Assembly: GCA_963664825.1 (NCBI GenBank)
Contig: OY761614.1
Span: 672,001-736,000, forward strand
From: an uncultured Holophaga sp.
GTDB lineage: Bacteria; Acidobacteriota; Holophagae; Holophagales; Holophagaceae
Length of the DNA: 64,000 nucleotides
Reading direction: 5' to 3'
Shown: piece by piece, positions 41,898 through 51,997 of the stretch
Position numbering within the stretch: the stretch's first letter is position 1
Layout: the number at the start of each line of letters is the position of its first letter
Notes under the pieces: generated by a model
Database searches by the model: none
The model's input: only the letters and a program-made list of their open reading frames with translations
What the model was told of the DNA's origin: nothing
Made by a program: the position numbers and the translations under genes

Positions 41898-41995
41898 TCA
41901 CGACGGAGGCACGGAGATCACCGAGCTTTCACGCGGAGGACACTGAGACAAGAACTGAATGTTCTTCTCTGTGTCCTCCGTGCCTGCGTGGTGGA
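41898..41995. repeat. REP-like palindromic element
   Basis: CGGAGGACAC (41934-41943) pairs with GTGTCCTCCG (41971-41980). CACGACGGAGGCACGGAG pairs imperfectly with CTCCGTGCCTGCGTGGTG. Confidence 0.7.
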
Positions 41996-42016
41996 TCGTT
42001 TTTTTAGGAGACGAAG

Positions 42017-42955
42017 ATGAACAAAGTCGCATGGTTGTTTCCTGGCCAGGGTTCCCAGGCCGTGGGCATGGGCATGGGCCTAGTGGCCACCGAACCCGCC
42101 GCCACGGCCCTGCTGCGGGAGGCCGACGAGGCCCTGGGCTTTTCCCTCTCCAAGGTGATGGCCGAGGGCCCGGAAGAGACCCTCAAGCTCACCGAGCACA
42201 CCCAACCGGCCATCCTCACCCACAGCAGCATGGTAGTCGCGGCCTATCGTGCCCGCCTTCCCAAGGCCGACTTCGTCGCGGGCCACAGCCTGGGGGAATA
42301 CAGCGCCCTGGTGGCCGTGGGCTCCTTGAACTTCCAGGACGCCGTGCGGACCGTGCGTGAGCGCGGGCGCGCCATGCAGGTGGCCGTGCCCGTGGGCGTG
42401 GGCGCCATGGCTGCCATCATCGGCATGACCGCTTCCGATGTGGAGGCCGGATGCCTCGCAGCGGCCGCCAGCACGGGCAAGATCGTGGTGCCCGCCAACT
42501 TCAATGGCGCCGGCCAAATCGTCATCGCAGGCCACGCGGAGGCCGTGGAGGCCGCCATGGAGATCCTGAAGGCGAAGGGAGCCCGCAAGATGGTGAAGCT
42601 CCCGGTGAGCGCACCCTTCCACAGCCCCCTGATGGAACCCGCCCAGACTCACATGACGCCCGTCCTGCAGGCCCTGGATTTCAAGACGTCGGCATGCCCG
42701 CTGGTGAACAACGTGGACGCTCGCCTGGTCACGGACCCCGAGCAATTGCGCGACGGTCTCGTGAGGCAGATCCCCGGTGCCGTGCGCTGGGAGGCCATTG
42801 TCGCCCTGCTCCTGAGGGAAGGCGTTACCACCTTCCTGGAACTGGGCCCCGGCAAGGTGCTCTCCGGCATCGCCAATCGCATGGCCAAGGAGGCAGGCAT
42901 CGAGATCAAGGCTATGGCCCTCGGCACACCGGAGGATCTGGCCCAGCTGGGCTGA
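42017..42955 (+). CDS. fabD: Malonyl-CoA:ACP transacylase
   Basis: FPGQGSQ, TQPAI, GHSLGEY, VSAPFHS, ELGPGKVL. Confidence 0.97.
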   Translation: MNKVAWLFPGQGSQAVGMGMGLVATEPAATALLREADEALGFSLSKVMAEGPEETLKLTEHTQPAILTHSSMVVAAYRARLPKADFVAGHSLGEYSALVAVGSLNFQDAVRTVRERGRAMQVAVPVGVGAMAAIIGMTASDVEAGCLAAAASTGKIVVPANFNGAGQIVIAGHAEAVEAAMEILKAKGARKMVKLPVSAPFHSPLMEPAQTHMTPVLQALDFKTSACPLVNNVDARLVTDPEQLRDGLVRQIPGAVRWEAIVALLLREGVTTFLELGPGKVLSGIANRMAKEAGIEIKAMALGTPEDLAQLG

Positions 42956-42990
42956 ACCCTTCTTGGCATAACGGAACCCCGGGAATTGCC

Positions 42991-43497
42991 ATGCACGCCA
43001 GTGATGAACCCGCCCCCCAGAGCCTTACCTTGCCCATGCCGCGCTGGCCCTTCCTGTGGCCGGCGCTGCTGGTTCCAGCGTACCTAATTAATCCGGCCTT
43101 CCACCTGACCCGAAGCTGGAACGGGCCCCTGCGTTTCCGCCTGCTGGGCATCCTGCTGGTGGTGGCGAGTCTGGTCTGCGGCGCCTTGCTTTCCGTGGGC
43201 GCGCTGGCCTCCCACCATTGGCGAGAGCTCCGGATCGAACGGGGCTGCATCTTCCTCAAGCCCGCCTTCCAGGTGCCCCACTGGGCCCGGTGGTGCTACA
43301 ACCCAGGACAATCCCGCACCTTCAAGGAGGGTTTCCTGGAATTCTCCCTGGACCAGGCGAGCCTGGAATGGGTGGGGAAGACCCTTCTGCTGCACGGCCA
43401 TCCCGAGATGGATGTGCGCCTGGGGCGAGGCCCGGGTGCCGAGCACATCGCCCAATGGCTAATGGCCCAGGGATTGCCCACTCCCGTGGGGAGATGA
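42991..43497 (+). CDS. Hypothetical membrane protein
   Basis: 3' part of track ORF 42451..43497, with two hydrophobic segments; fills the intergenic gap. Confidence 0.6.
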   Translation: MHASDEPAPQSLTLPMPRWPFLWPALLVPAYLINPAFHLTRSWNGPLRFRLLGILLVVASLVCGALLSVGALASHHWRELRIERGCIFLKPAFQVPHWARWCYNPGQSRTFKEGFLEFSLDQASLEWVGKTLLLHGHPEMDVRLGRGPGAEHIAQWLMAQGLPTPVGR

Positions 43498-43557
43498 TTT
43501 GGACTTTCCAGGCATAGAGACTGGCGCAGAGCCGTGTTTGGCTGTCAAGATGGAACC

Positions 43558-44196
43558 ATGACAGCGCTTGTCTATCTGCATGGCTTCGCCTCGGGTCCCA
43601 CGGGTCGCAAGGCCGATCATTGCCGGGAATGGGCGGAAGGCCGAGGGATTCCATTCCTGGCCCCGGACCTGAACCTGCCCACCTTCGAGACGCTCACCAT
43701 CAGCGCTCAGGTGGAAGCTGTGGAAGCCCTCCTGGCCACCCTTTCCACACCTCCCGTCATGGTGGGTTCCTCCCTGGGAGGCGTGATCGCCACAGCCGTG
43801 GCCCATCGAGGCGCCACCTTCAAGAAGCTCATCCTGTTGGCGCCCGGACTCGGTTTCGCCAAGCGCCGCCTCTTCTCCACCCGCTGGGCGGGCTATCGCC
43901 AGCATCGCAGACTGCCCGTCTACCATCACGCCTACCAGCGCTGGGTGAAGCTGGGGGCCGCACTGCTGGATGATCTGCCCTTCTGGGCCGATGACGACAC
44001 CTGGCAGGTGCGCACCCCGGTGGTGGTGATCCACGGGCGGAGGGACGAAGCGGTCCCTGCTGCGGAAAGCGAGGCCTTCCTGGCGCGCCACCCTGGGGGG
44101 GTGCTACACCTCATGGATGACGATCACGGGCTCCTGCGGCCCGCAACCTTGGCAGTGCTGGATCTGGAGCTGGAAAAGGCCTTCAGCGAGGAATGA
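43558..44196 (+). CDS. YqiA/YcfP-family alpha/beta hydrolase (esterase)
   Basis: YLHGFASGP, GSSLGG nucleophile elbow, HGRRDE, DDHGL. Confidence 0.9.
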   Translation: MTALVYLHGFASGPTGRKADHCREWAEGRGIPFLAPDLNLPTFETLTISAQVEAVEALLATLSTPPVMVGSSLGGVIATAVAHRGATFKKLILLAPGLGFAKRRLFSTRWAGYRQHRRLPVYHHAYQRWVKLGAALLDDLPFWADDDTWQVRTPVVVIHGRRDEAVPAAESEAFLARHPGGVLHLMDDDHGLLRPATLAVLDLELEKAFSEE

Positions 44197-44839
44197 CGAA
44201 GAAGAGCACCGAAACCACATGGCAGGCACTGCCCAAGATCACGAACAAGTGCCAGATGGCATGGTGGTAGGACAGCTTCTTCCAGACATAGAAGAGCACC
44301 CCCGCCGTATAGAAGATGCCGCCTCCGAAGAGCGAAAGGATACCGCCCATGGGCAGGGCCCGGGTCAGGGGCCCGAGGGCCACGGCGATCAGCCAGCCCA
44401 TGGCGATGTAGACGGCGGTGGAGAGCCAGGGCAGCCGAGGGCCGAAGGTGGCCTTGAGGGTGACCCCGATGGCCGCCAGGCCCCAGGCCACGCCGAAGAG
44501 GCTCCATCCCCAGCTGCCCTTGAGCGTGGCCAAGCAGTAGGGCGTGTACGTTCCCGCGATGAGCAGGAAGATCGCCGCATGATCCAGGATATGGAAGACC
44601 TTCTTCACACGGGGGCCGCGGAAGGCATGGTAGAGGGTCGACATGGTGTAGAGCACCACCAGGCAGCCTCCGAAGAGACTCACACCCACCACATGGCGGG
44701 CCGTGCCCTTCAGGGCCGCGCACACCACCATGGCCACCAGAGCCCCAATGGCCAGGGCCACCCCCAGACCGTGAGTCAGGCTATTGGCGAGTTCGAGGCG
44801 CCGGGATTCATCGGGGAATTCTTCCGCATGGCATTCCAT
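44183..44839 (-). CDS. Hemolysin III/PAQR family membrane protein
   Basis: ANSLTHG, STLYH, DHAAIFLLIAGTYTP, HAIWHLFV. Confidence 0.93.
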   Translation of the reverse strand: MECHAEEFPDESRRLELANSLTHGLGVALAIGALVAMVVCAALKGTARHVVGVSLFGGCLVVLYTMSTLYHAFRGPRVKKVFHILDHAAIFLLIAGTYTPYCLATLKGSWGWSLFGVAWGLAAIGVTLKATFGPRLPWLSTAVYIAMGWLIAVALGPLTRALPMGGILSLFGGGIFYTAGVLFYVWKKLSYHHAIWHLFVILGSACHVVSVLFFVIPR

Positions 44840-44890
44840 GCTTCATGATCGCATGGACATGGCCCCGCGTGCGGTGGTCCAACCCTCGAA

Positions 44891-45442
44891 CTAGTCCAGC
44901 CTGTCGAGTTCCAGCAGCCCTTCGGGGGGATCCAGATCGATGCGGCGGTTGGGCAGATCCAGGGTGAACCAGGCCTTGATGAAGGGAATGTCCCGGCGCC
45001 CGGTGCGGCCCTTCCGCAGATCCCGCATCACCACCATGTCGTAATCCATGGGGGTGGGATCCAGGCGCAGCACCTCGCCGACCTTCTCGCCCTTCACGAA
45101 GACCTCGCAGCCGATCCACTGGTGGCGGAAGCTCTCCCCCTCCTCCAGTTCGGCCTGTTCCTCCGGCATCCACAGGGCCCAACCCTTGAAGGGCTCGGCG
45201 GCAGTGCGGTCAGGGATATCCAGGAAGGCCACGCAGGCGCGATCCTGGTGCCAACGGAAGAGGCGCAGCTTCACCAGGCGGGCCGGAGGCGGCGCGATTT
45301 CAAGGAGGTCCAGGGCCATCTCCGGGGGCGCCAGGATGAGCTTTTCCAGGTCCTGGAGCTTCTCGGGCTTATCCATCACCTCGTGGAGCAGGAACTCACC
45401 CTTGAGTCCCTGGATCTTGGCCAGATGGGCGAGGAGGAGCAT
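44891..45442 (-). CDS. rimM: Ribosome maturation factor RimM
   Basis: GLKGE, DRTAAE, IPF, PPEGLLEL; canonical position after rpsP-khpA. Confidence 0.85.
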   Translation of the reverse strand: MLLLAHLAKIQGLKGEFLLHEVMDKPEKLQDLEKLILAPPEMALDLLEIAPPPARLVKLRLFRWHQDRACVAFLDIPDRTAAEPFKGWALWMPEEQAELEEGESFRHQWIGCEVFVKGEKVGEVLRLDPTPMDYDMVVMRDLRKGRTGRRDIPFIKAWFTLDLPNRRIDLDPPEGLLELDRLD

Positions 45443-45744
45443 CAGGGGACCTCGACCCGGGGCGCTCGTTCCCGACTTTCCGGACGCCGCGCGCGACGCT
45501 CGTCCTCTTCTTCGAAGATCTCGAGATTGACCCGCTGGCCCGTCTTTTCGCCAGCCACCTGGCAGAGGGTGCGGAGGGAGCTGATCATCCGCCCGCTCTT
45601 GCCGATGATGCGGCCCCGATCCTTGGGCTCGGCATGGATGAGGACATTGCAGGTGCGGCCCTCTTCCTTCACCTCAATGCGCAGGGCCTCGGGGTGGTCC
45701 AGGAGGGGTGTGAGGACATCGCTAAGGAAGGCTTCCAGGTTCAT
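45442..45744 (-). CDS. khpA: KH-domain RNA-binding protein KhpA
   Basis: DRGRIIGKSGR KH motif; lies between rpsP and rimM. Confidence 0.88.
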   Translation of the reverse strand: MNLEAFLSDVLTPLLDHPEALRIEVKEEGRTCNVLIHAEPKDRGRIIGKSGRMISSLRTLCQVAGEKTGQRVNLEIFEEEDERRARRPESRERAPRVEVP

Positions 45745-45781
45745 GGAGACTCCAGGGGGAGACTTCAATCTTAGACACACG

Positions 45782-45802
45782 AAAAGCCGGGACAAGCCCG
45801 GC
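45782..45802 (-). terminator. Intrinsic terminator after rpsP
   Basis: Minus strand GCCGGG-CTTGT-CCCGGC-TTTT. Confidence 0.55.
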
Positions 45803-45828
45803 CTTCCGCACAATCGGAAACAAGATGT

Positions 45829-46071
45829 TTAGAGGACCGCGTTCTTCTTGAAGAGCTCGAGGACGGTCTTGGAGGGGCGGGCACCCTTCTGGATCCAGGC
45901 CTTCGCCTTGTCGGCGTCGATACGAATGACCTCACCGGCGGAGGCGATGGGATTCACGAAACCCAGAATCTCAAGGGCCTGCCCGGTGGGAATGCGATCG
46001 TTTTCGGAGACGACGATGTGATAGAAAGGCCGCTTCTTGGCACCATTGCGAGCGAGACGGATGGACAGCAT
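45829..46071 (-). CDS. rpsP: 30S ribosomal protein S16
   Basis: IRLARNGAKKRPFYHIVV, KGARPSKTV. Confidence 0.97.
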   Translation of the reverse strand: MLSIRLARNGAKKRPFYHIVVSENDRIPTGQALEILGFVNPIASAGEVIRIDADKAKAWIQKGARPSKTVLELFKKNAVL

Positions 46072-46130
46072 CAGGAACTCCTAGAGCAGAATAGTCTACC
46101 GGGGAAGAGGGGAAAGCCCAAGCCTGAATA

Positions 46131-47513
46131 TCACGAAAGGCCTGGGAAACCAGGGGCGCCACCTTTGGCCATGGCCTGCATGCGCTTCATGAAGCGGGGG
46201 TCGTTCATCTGGGACATCATCTTCTTCATCTCCAGATATTGTTTGAGTAACTGATTGACCTCCTGGACGGGACGGCCCGCACCGGCAGCCACGCGGCGCT
46301 TGCGCTTGGCGTCCAGCAGCAGGTGGTTGCGGCGTTCCTTGGGGGTCATGGAGGTAAGGATGGCCTCCAGGTGCTTGATCCGCTTGTCGGAGGCGACGGT
46401 GGCGAGCTGTTCCTTGATCTGGCCCATGCCGGGAAGCATGCCCAGGATCTTCTGCATACTGCCCAGCTTCTGCACCTGGCGCATCTGGCTCAGCATGTCC
46501 TCGAGGGTGAACTGGTTCTTCACGAGACGCTTGGCCATGGCCTCCGCGTCCTTCTCGTCGATCTTGTCCTTGGCGTGCTCGATGAGCGTCAGGACATCAC
46601 CCATGCCGAGAATGCGCTGGGCCATGCGATCCGGGTGGAAGCGCTCGAAATCGTCCAGTTTTTCGCCCGAGCCCACGAACTTGATGGGCTTGCCCGTGAC
46701 ATGTTTGACACTGAAGGCCGCGCCACCCCGGGTATCGCCATCGGCCTTGGTGAGGATGACGCCGGTGATGGCCAGCTTCTCGTGGAAGGCCGAGGCCGAA
46801 CGCACCGCGTCCTGGCCCGTCATGGCATCGGCCACGAAGAGGATCTCCGTGGGTTCGCAGGTCGCCTTGATGCGGGCCAGTTCCTCCATCAGGGCGTCAT
46901 CCAGATGGAGGCGCCCCGCGGTATCGAGGATGACCACGTCCCATCCCTTGAGGCGGGCCTCTTCCACGGCGGCTTGGCAGATCTTCACGGGATCGCGCTC
47001 ATCGGTATGGAAGCTGGGCACACCCGCATCCTTGGCGACGATGTGCAGCTGCTCGATGGCCGCGGGCCGATAGACATCGGCCGGCACCAGCAGCGGCGAG
47101 CTGCCATTCTTTTTCAGGAACTTGGCCAACTTGCCGCAGGAGGTGGTCTTGCCCGAACCCTGCAGGCCCGCCATCAGCACCACCGTCGGGGGCTTCAACG
47201 CGAAGTCCAGAGGCTTCTCGGAGGCCGTGCCCCCCATGACCTCCGTGAGTTCCTGGTAGACGATATTGATGAACTGCTGGGCGGGGTTCAGGCCCTGGAG
47301 CACGGCGGCCCCCTTGCCGTCCTGCCCCTGGGAGAGGGCCTTCTCCTTCACACGCTGAAGGAAGGCTCGCGCCACCTGAACGTGGACATCGGCCTCCAGG
47401 AGTGCCATGCGGACTTCGCGCAGCACGTCCTCGAGATTCTTCTCCGTGAGGCGGGATTCGCCCCGGAGGCTCTTCATCGCCTTGGTGAGCTTGTCGGTGA
47501 GGGACTCGAACAT
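46131..47513 (-). CDS. ffh: Signal recognition particle protein
   Basis: ALLEADV, GLQGSGKTT, DTAGR, TKADGD, Met-rich M domain. Confidence 0.97.
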   Translation of the reverse strand: MFESLTDKLTKAMKSLRGESRLTEKNLEDVLREVRMALLEADVHVQVARAFLQRVKEKALSQGQDGKGAAVLQGLNPAQQFINIVYQELTEVMGGTASEKPLDFALKPPTVVLMAGLQGSGKTTSCGKLAKFLKKNGSSPLLVPADVYRPAAIEQLHIVAKDAGVPSFHTDERDPVKICQAAVEEARLKGWDVVILDTAGRLHLDDALMEELARIKATCEPTEILFVADAMTGQDAVRSASAFHEKLAITGVILTKADGDTRGGAAFSVKHVTGKPIKFVGSGEKLDDFERFHPDRMAQRILGMGDVLTLIEHAKDKIDEKDAEAMAKRLVKNQFTLEDMLSQMRQVQKLGSMQKILGMLPGMGQIKEQLATVASDKRIKHLEAILTSMTPKERRNHLLLDAKRKRRVAAGAGRPVQEVNQLLKQYLEMKKMMSQMNDPRFMKRMQAMAKGGAPGFPGLS

Positions 47514-47768
47514 GGAACTCCTGGGCCGGTTCGGGGCCAATCATCCATTCTATCGACCCGGGAAGAAGCTTCCAGGTTTGATCCTGGAAACGAAACCCTG
47601 GGACAAAATGCACGAAGGCAGAATTGTCCTCTTGATGCCCCGACTTTCGAACCTAACTTTCCGTTTGGGTAAGCAGTCTCGCCCTCTTCACCAAAAAGGG
47701 GCCATAAACCTACGAGCCCCACCGCAGTGGAGGAGTTTAGGATCCTTCACCTGCGAGACCCCAAACTG

Positions 47769-47796
47769 GGCACCCTCGGGTGCCCTTTTTGTTTTC
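47769..47796 (+). terminator. Intrinsic terminator oriented for plus strand (possibly bidirectional)
   Basis: GGGCACCC-TC-GGGTGCCC followed by TTTTTGTTTT. Confidence 0.7.
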
Positions 47797-47808
47797 CGTG
47801 ACGACGAC

Positions 47809-49326
47809 TCAATCCTCTTCGGGTTCGCTCTCCCCTGGGGCCATCTTCATCGGGCGCATCAGGGGGAAGAGGATGACATCCCGGATGCTGGTGGAATTGG
47901 TCATGAGCATCACCATTCGGTCGATGCCCACACCCAGACCGCCTGTGGGCGGGAATCCGTGTTCCAGGGAACGAACGAAATCCAGATCCAGCAGCATGGC
48001 CTCGTCGTTGCCCGCTTCGCGCTCGGCCAGCTGGGCTTGGAAGCGCTCCATCTGCACGATGGGGTCGTTGAGCTCCGAATAGGCGTTGGCAAGCTCCATG
48101 CCCGCCATGAAGAGCTCGAAGCGATCCACGAAGGCCGGATCCCCCGGCAGGTTCTTGGTGAGGGGGCTCAGTTCCACCGGGTATTCGGTGATGAAGGTGG
48201 GCTGGATGAGCTGCTTTTCCGCATGGTGTTCGAAGAGATCCCCCAGCAGGGTGCCGGATGACTTCTGGTTCACCTCTTCCACATGGGCCTCCCGGGCCAG
48301 CTCGGCGATATCTGCGGGGTCCTCGAGGCGGGCGCGGTCGATGCCACCATATTCAGCTATGGCGTCCTTCATCGTCATGCGCCGGAAGGGTGCCGCGAAG
48401 GAGATCACGAGGTCGCCGTACGAGCGTTCCACGCTCCCGCAGAGGGTGGCGATTTCCTGGAAGAGGTTCTCGGTGAGCCGCATTACGTCCCGCAAATCAT
48501 CACCGGCCGAGTAGCTCTCCATCATGGTGAATTCGGGGTTGTGCCGCTGATCGATACCCTCGTTGCGGAAGCTGCGGTTGATCTCGAAGACCTTGTCGAA
48601 GCCACCCACGATGAGGCGCTTGAGGTAGAGCTCCGGCGCGATACGCAGGTAGAGATCCATATCCATGGCGTTGTGGTGGGTCACGAAGGGACGTGCCGTG
48701 GCGCCGCCCGGAATGGGCTGGAGCATGGGGGTTTCCACTTCTAGGAAGCCCTGGCCCTCCATGTAGCGGCGCACACCGGCCACGATGCGGCTGCGCATCT
48801 GAAGCGTTTGGAAGACCTCCGGATTGCTCACCAGGTCCAGGTAGCGCCGACGGTAGCGCAGTTCCTTGTCCTGGAGCCCGTGCCACTTCTCGGGGAGGGG
48901 CAGCAGGGCCTTGGAGAGGAACTGGAAGGTATGGACGCGCACCGAGAGTTCGCCGGTCTTGGTGCGCATGAGTATGCCCGTCACACTAATGAAATCGCCC
49001 ATGTCCAGGAGTTTGAGGGCCTCCCAGGCCTGGACATCGCGTTCGTCCAAATCGTTCTTGCGGAAATAGGCCTGGAGCTTCTGGCCATTCTCGCTCAAGT
49101 GCATGAAGACGCTCTTACCCATCTCTCGCACGGCGATGATACGGCCCATGACGCTGAGCTTCACGGGTTCGGCCTCAAACTGCTCACCACTGCACTCCGC
49201 GAAATCCACCACCACCTGGGCGATGCTGTGGGTGCGGGTGGCCTTGGCAGGCCACGCCTCGATGCCCATGGACTTGAGCTTCTCGAGCTTCTCGAGACGG
49301 ACCTGGCGATAGGGGCTTTCCTGCAT
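47809..49326 (-). CDS. lysS: Lysine--tRNA ligase (class II)
   Basis: RYRRRYLDL, YLRIAPELYLKRL, FRNEG..HNPEFT, GIDR. Confidence 0.98.
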   Translation of the reverse strand: MQESPYRQVRLEKLEKLKSMGIEAWPAKATRTHSIAQVVVDFAECSGEQFEAEPVKLSVMGRIIAVREMGKSVFMHLSENGQKLQAYFRKNDLDERDVQAWEALKLLDMGDFISVTGILMRTKTGELSVRVHTFQFLSKALLPLPEKWHGLQDKELRYRRRYLDLVSNPEVFQTLQMRSRIVAGVRRYMEGQGFLEVETPMLQPIPGGATARPFVTHHNAMDMDLYLRIAPELYLKRLIVGGFDKVFEINRSFRNEGIDQRHNPEFTMMESYSAGDDLRDVMRLTENLFQEIATLCGSVERSYGDLVISFAAPFRRMTMKDAIAEYGGIDRARLEDPADIAELAREAHVEEVNQKSSGTLLGDLFEHHAEKQLIQPTFITEYPVELSPLTKNLPGDPAFVDRFELFMAGMELANAYSELNDPIVQMERFQAQLAEREAGNDEAMLLDLDFVRSLEHGFPPTGGLGVGIDRMVMLMTNSTSIRDVILFPLMRPMKMAPGESEPEED

Positions 49327-49366
49327 GAGGACTCCAAGACAACCCCTCCAGCTTATCGCGTCTGTA

Positions 49367-49398
49367 AGACAAAGGCCTCGCGGGCGAGGCCTTTGTCT
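49367..49398. terminator. Hairpin/terminator between hypothetical gene and lysS
   Basis: AGACAAAGGCCTCG-CGGG-CGAGGCCTTTGTCT. Confidence 0.6.
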
Positions 49399-49415
49399 TG
49401 AGAAGTGGATGGAGG

Positions 49416-49766
49416 CTAGTGAGAGTCGTGGTTCGCCGTGGGTGAGGGCGCGCCCCTGTATTCCACCTTCCGGCTGAAGAAGATCAAATAGAAGCCGTAG
49501 GCGGCCATCAATCCCAGCCCCAGGGCCATCATGCCCGCCAGCAGGGGCTGAAGGCCGACCCAGCCATGGCTCAGCAAGGCCGCCAAGAGGCTCATGTAGC
49601 CATAGCCCGCTAGGAGGCCACCCCAGATCCGGGCCTTATCGGGCGCCTGGGCCACCTCCTCGGGCACGACCCCCATGGGTTCAGAGATTTCCCCGAAGGC
49701 ATGGGTGCCCTGGAAGACGAGCACCGCCGCCAGGAGATAGAAGAAGGTGTAGTTCAACAGATCCAT
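49416..49766 (-). CDS. Hypothetical small membrane protein
   Basis: 116 aa with three hydrophobic helices; start at ATG 49766. Confidence 0.65.
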   Translation of the reverse strand: MDLLNYTFFYLLAAVLVFQGTHAFGEISEPMGVVPEEVAQAPDKARIWGGLLAGYGYMSLLAALLSHGWVGLQPLLAGMMALGLGLMAAYGFYLIFFSRKVEYRGAPSPTANHDSH

Positions 49767-49855
49767 GGGCGCGTCCTCGGTTCCCTTCCCTGCCAGGCCA
49801 TCATACCCATTCGCCGTCGCCCACGCAGGGCTGGAGTCCCGTCCCCAAAAGGGAC

Positions 49856-49917
49856 TTGACTCAATCAATCGATTGATTAACCCTGGAGGTTCTTAATCAA
49901 TCGCTTGATTGAGAACC
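49856..49917 (+). promoter_or_regulatory. Tandem TetR-family operator palindromes overlapping efflux promoter
   Basis: AATCAATCGATTGATT (49863-49878, perfect) and AATCAATCGCTTGATT (49895-49910), directly after the -35-like TTGACT. Confidence 0.8.
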
Positions 49918-49926
49918 GAGGTCCCC

Positions 49927-50610
49927 ATGCAACGACTCCCCGAGTCCTCCCAGGATGTCCGCCAACGCCTCCTGGAGGCCGCCATTCACCTCTTCGCCGA
50001 GAAGGGCTACAGCGGCGTCGGCATCCGAGACATCGCCCAGAGGGCCCAAGCCAATAGCGCGATGGTGCAGTACCACTTCGGCGGCAAGGAGGGCCTCTAT
50101 CTGGCTACCATGCACTTCCTCTTCGAGCAGGGCCATGATGCCATCTCCTCCCTGGAGCCGCCTCCCTCCCCGGAGGAGGAGGGGGCCTTCCCCAGGGCCA
50201 TCGTCTGCCTGGAGGCCTACATTCGGGCCTTCCTGGAGGAGGTCTTCGCCTGCCATGCCGGGGAATATTGTTCCCCGGAGATGCAGGCAGCGGCCCAGCT
50301 CTTCCTCACCCGGGAGCTGCTGGATCCTCGGCCGGGCTCCTCGGAGATCATCCTCGGTCATATCCGGCCCCACGTGGATTACATCAACGCCTGCCTGCTC
50401 GTCCTGAGGCCGGACCTGGACGAGGAGGCCCGCTTCCTTGCTGGGAGCAGCATCCAGGCGCAGGTTTCCATCCACTTCCAGCACCGGGCCGTCGTCGGAC
50501 TGCTGAGGGGCGTCCCTTATGGCCCCCAGGACATTGGAAAACTGACCGCCCACATCACCGAATTCAGCCTCCGGGGCCTGGGCCTCGGGGATACCCATCG
50601 AGGAGCCTGA
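49927..50610 (+). CDS. TetR-family regulator (CecR/YbiH-like)
   Basis: RLLEAAIHLFAEKGY..IRDIA...YHFGGKEGLY HTH and C-terminal FSLRGL. Confidence 0.9.
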   Translation: MQRLPESSQDVRQRLLEAAIHLFAEKGYSGVGIRDIAQRAQANSAMVQYHFGGKEGLYLATMHFLFEQGHDAISSLEPPPSPEEEGAFPRAIVCLEAYIRAFLEEVFACHAGEYCSPEMQAAAQLFLTRELLDPRPGSSEIILGHIRPHVDYINACLLVLRPDLDEEARFLAGSSIQAQVSIHFQHRAVVGLLRGVPYGPQDIGKLTAHITEFSLRGLGLGDTHRGA

Positions 50611-51944
50611 TGATGCTATTTTTCCTCCCCCCACCGGCCCTGGTCGCGGAAGCACCGGCCCAGGCCCCCTTGAACCTGGACATGATCGGCGCCCTGTCCC
50701 GGGCTCGCACGGAGAACCCCAATATCCGCGCCGCCCGGGCCCGGATCGATGAGCGCCGCGGGCTCATCACCAGCACCCGCGCCGACGCCCTGCCCCAGTT
50801 CACCCTCATCGGGGATTTCACCCGCACCCGGGACGTGAGCATGCTCAACAGCGGAATCGGAGGCATCTTCTCGGTCTTCGACGCCTTCCAGACCAAGCCG
50901 GGTGTCACCCTCGCCCCCTTTGACACCAATTCCCTGGTGGCCCCCCGGAACTACTACACGACCCAGGCCACGGCCAGTCAGCCCCTCTTCTACTGGGGGA
51001 AACTCGGCACCGCCATTGAGGTGGCCAAGATGGGGGAAAAAGAAGCCGGCTACGCCTACACCACCGCCGAGTTGGAGATCCTCCATGCCGTGGCAAAGGG
51101 CTACCTAGCCGTGCTCTCCACCCGGGCGGAGCTCGAGGTCATCGAATCCCGGAAGAAGACCGCCGAACAGTTCCTCGCCGATGTGAAGGCCAAGCTGGAG
51201 GCCCAGACGGCCACCGAGCTGGACCGGCTGCGGGCCGAGAGCGAATACCTGGCGGTGGTGCCTGAGAGCCTGCAGGCCGAGGCCAACCACAAGCGGGCCA
51301 TGGAAGTCTTGAACGGTCAGCTCGGCCTGGATCCCAGGACCCCCCTGCAACTCGCCGATCTGGGGCTGCCGCCCCTGGATGACACCTTCGAAGCCAGCGA
51401 ACGCAGCGAGATCGCCCAGCTCCGGCAACAGGAGGCCATGTACCGCGCCAACGACGCCATCATCAAGAGCGATCTCCGACCCAAGTTCGACCTGAACGCC
51501 TCCTATGGCTACCAGGCCGCGAAGACCGACAACCTCTTCAAGGAGCCCTACGACACCTGGAAGGTGAATGTCACCATGCGCTTCCCGATCTTCGACGGCC
51601 TGCGCAGCTCCGGGAAGCGGGCCCAGAACAGGGCCCAGCTCGAGCAGGTCCGCCAGACGCGCCTGGACAAGGAGCGCTCCATCGCGGTGGAGAAGAGCAC
51701 GGCGGTGCGCGAACTGGAGAAGGCCCTCGCCTTCTTTGAAGCCGCCAAGAAGGCCTATGCCGCGGGGCTGGAAGCGCTGCGCATGAGCCGGGAGTCCTTC
51801 GAACAGGGCCTCATCACCTCCCTGGATCTCCTCCAGGCCGAGCGCACGGAGCGCCAGCTGGAGAGCCAGCGGCGGCGCGCCGAGCTGGGTCTCTGGACGG
51901 CCCGCTTCGAATACCGCCGTTCCTACGGCCTGCCTCCCCTTTGA
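50610..51944 (+). CDS. TolC-family outer-membrane efflux protein
   Basis: OEP repeats (NPNIRAAR, QPLF, FPIFDG, LDLLQAE). ATG overlaps the TetR stop codon. Confidence 0.88.
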   Translation: MMLFFLPPPALVAEAPAQAPLNLDMIGALSRARTENPNIRAARARIDERRGLITSTRADALPQFTLIGDFTRTRDVSMLNSGIGGIFSVFDAFQTKPGVTLAPFDTNSLVAPRNYYTTQATASQPLFYWGKLGTAIEVAKMGEKEAGYAYTTAELEILHAVAKGYLAVLSTRAELEVIESRKKTAEQFLADVKAKLEAQTATELDRLRAESEYLAVVPESLQAEANHKRAMEVLNGQLGLDPRTPLQLADLGLPPLDDTFEASERSEIAQLRQQEAMYRANDAIIKSDLRPKFDLNASYGYQAAKTDNLFKEPYDTWKVNVTMRFPIFDGLRSSGKRAQNRAQLEQVRQTRLDKERSIAVEKSTAVRELEKALAFFEAAKKAYAAGLEALRMSRESFEQGLITSLDLLQAERTERQLESQRRRAELGLWTARFEYRRSYGLPPL

Positions 51945-51997
51945 GCCGGAAGGCCCTGAACCCCATCGTCGCGAACCCACGCTTTCGAGGTACGACC

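Noticed and set aside
44891..46071. trmD/rplS absent after rimM; pyrH/frr absent after tsf
   Set aside because: Ordinary operon rearrangement; the genes are probably elsewhere in the genome.
47514..47808. Possible SRP RNA next to ffh
   Set aside because: No CAGG-CC-GNAA-GG-AGCA domain IV motif found on either strand.
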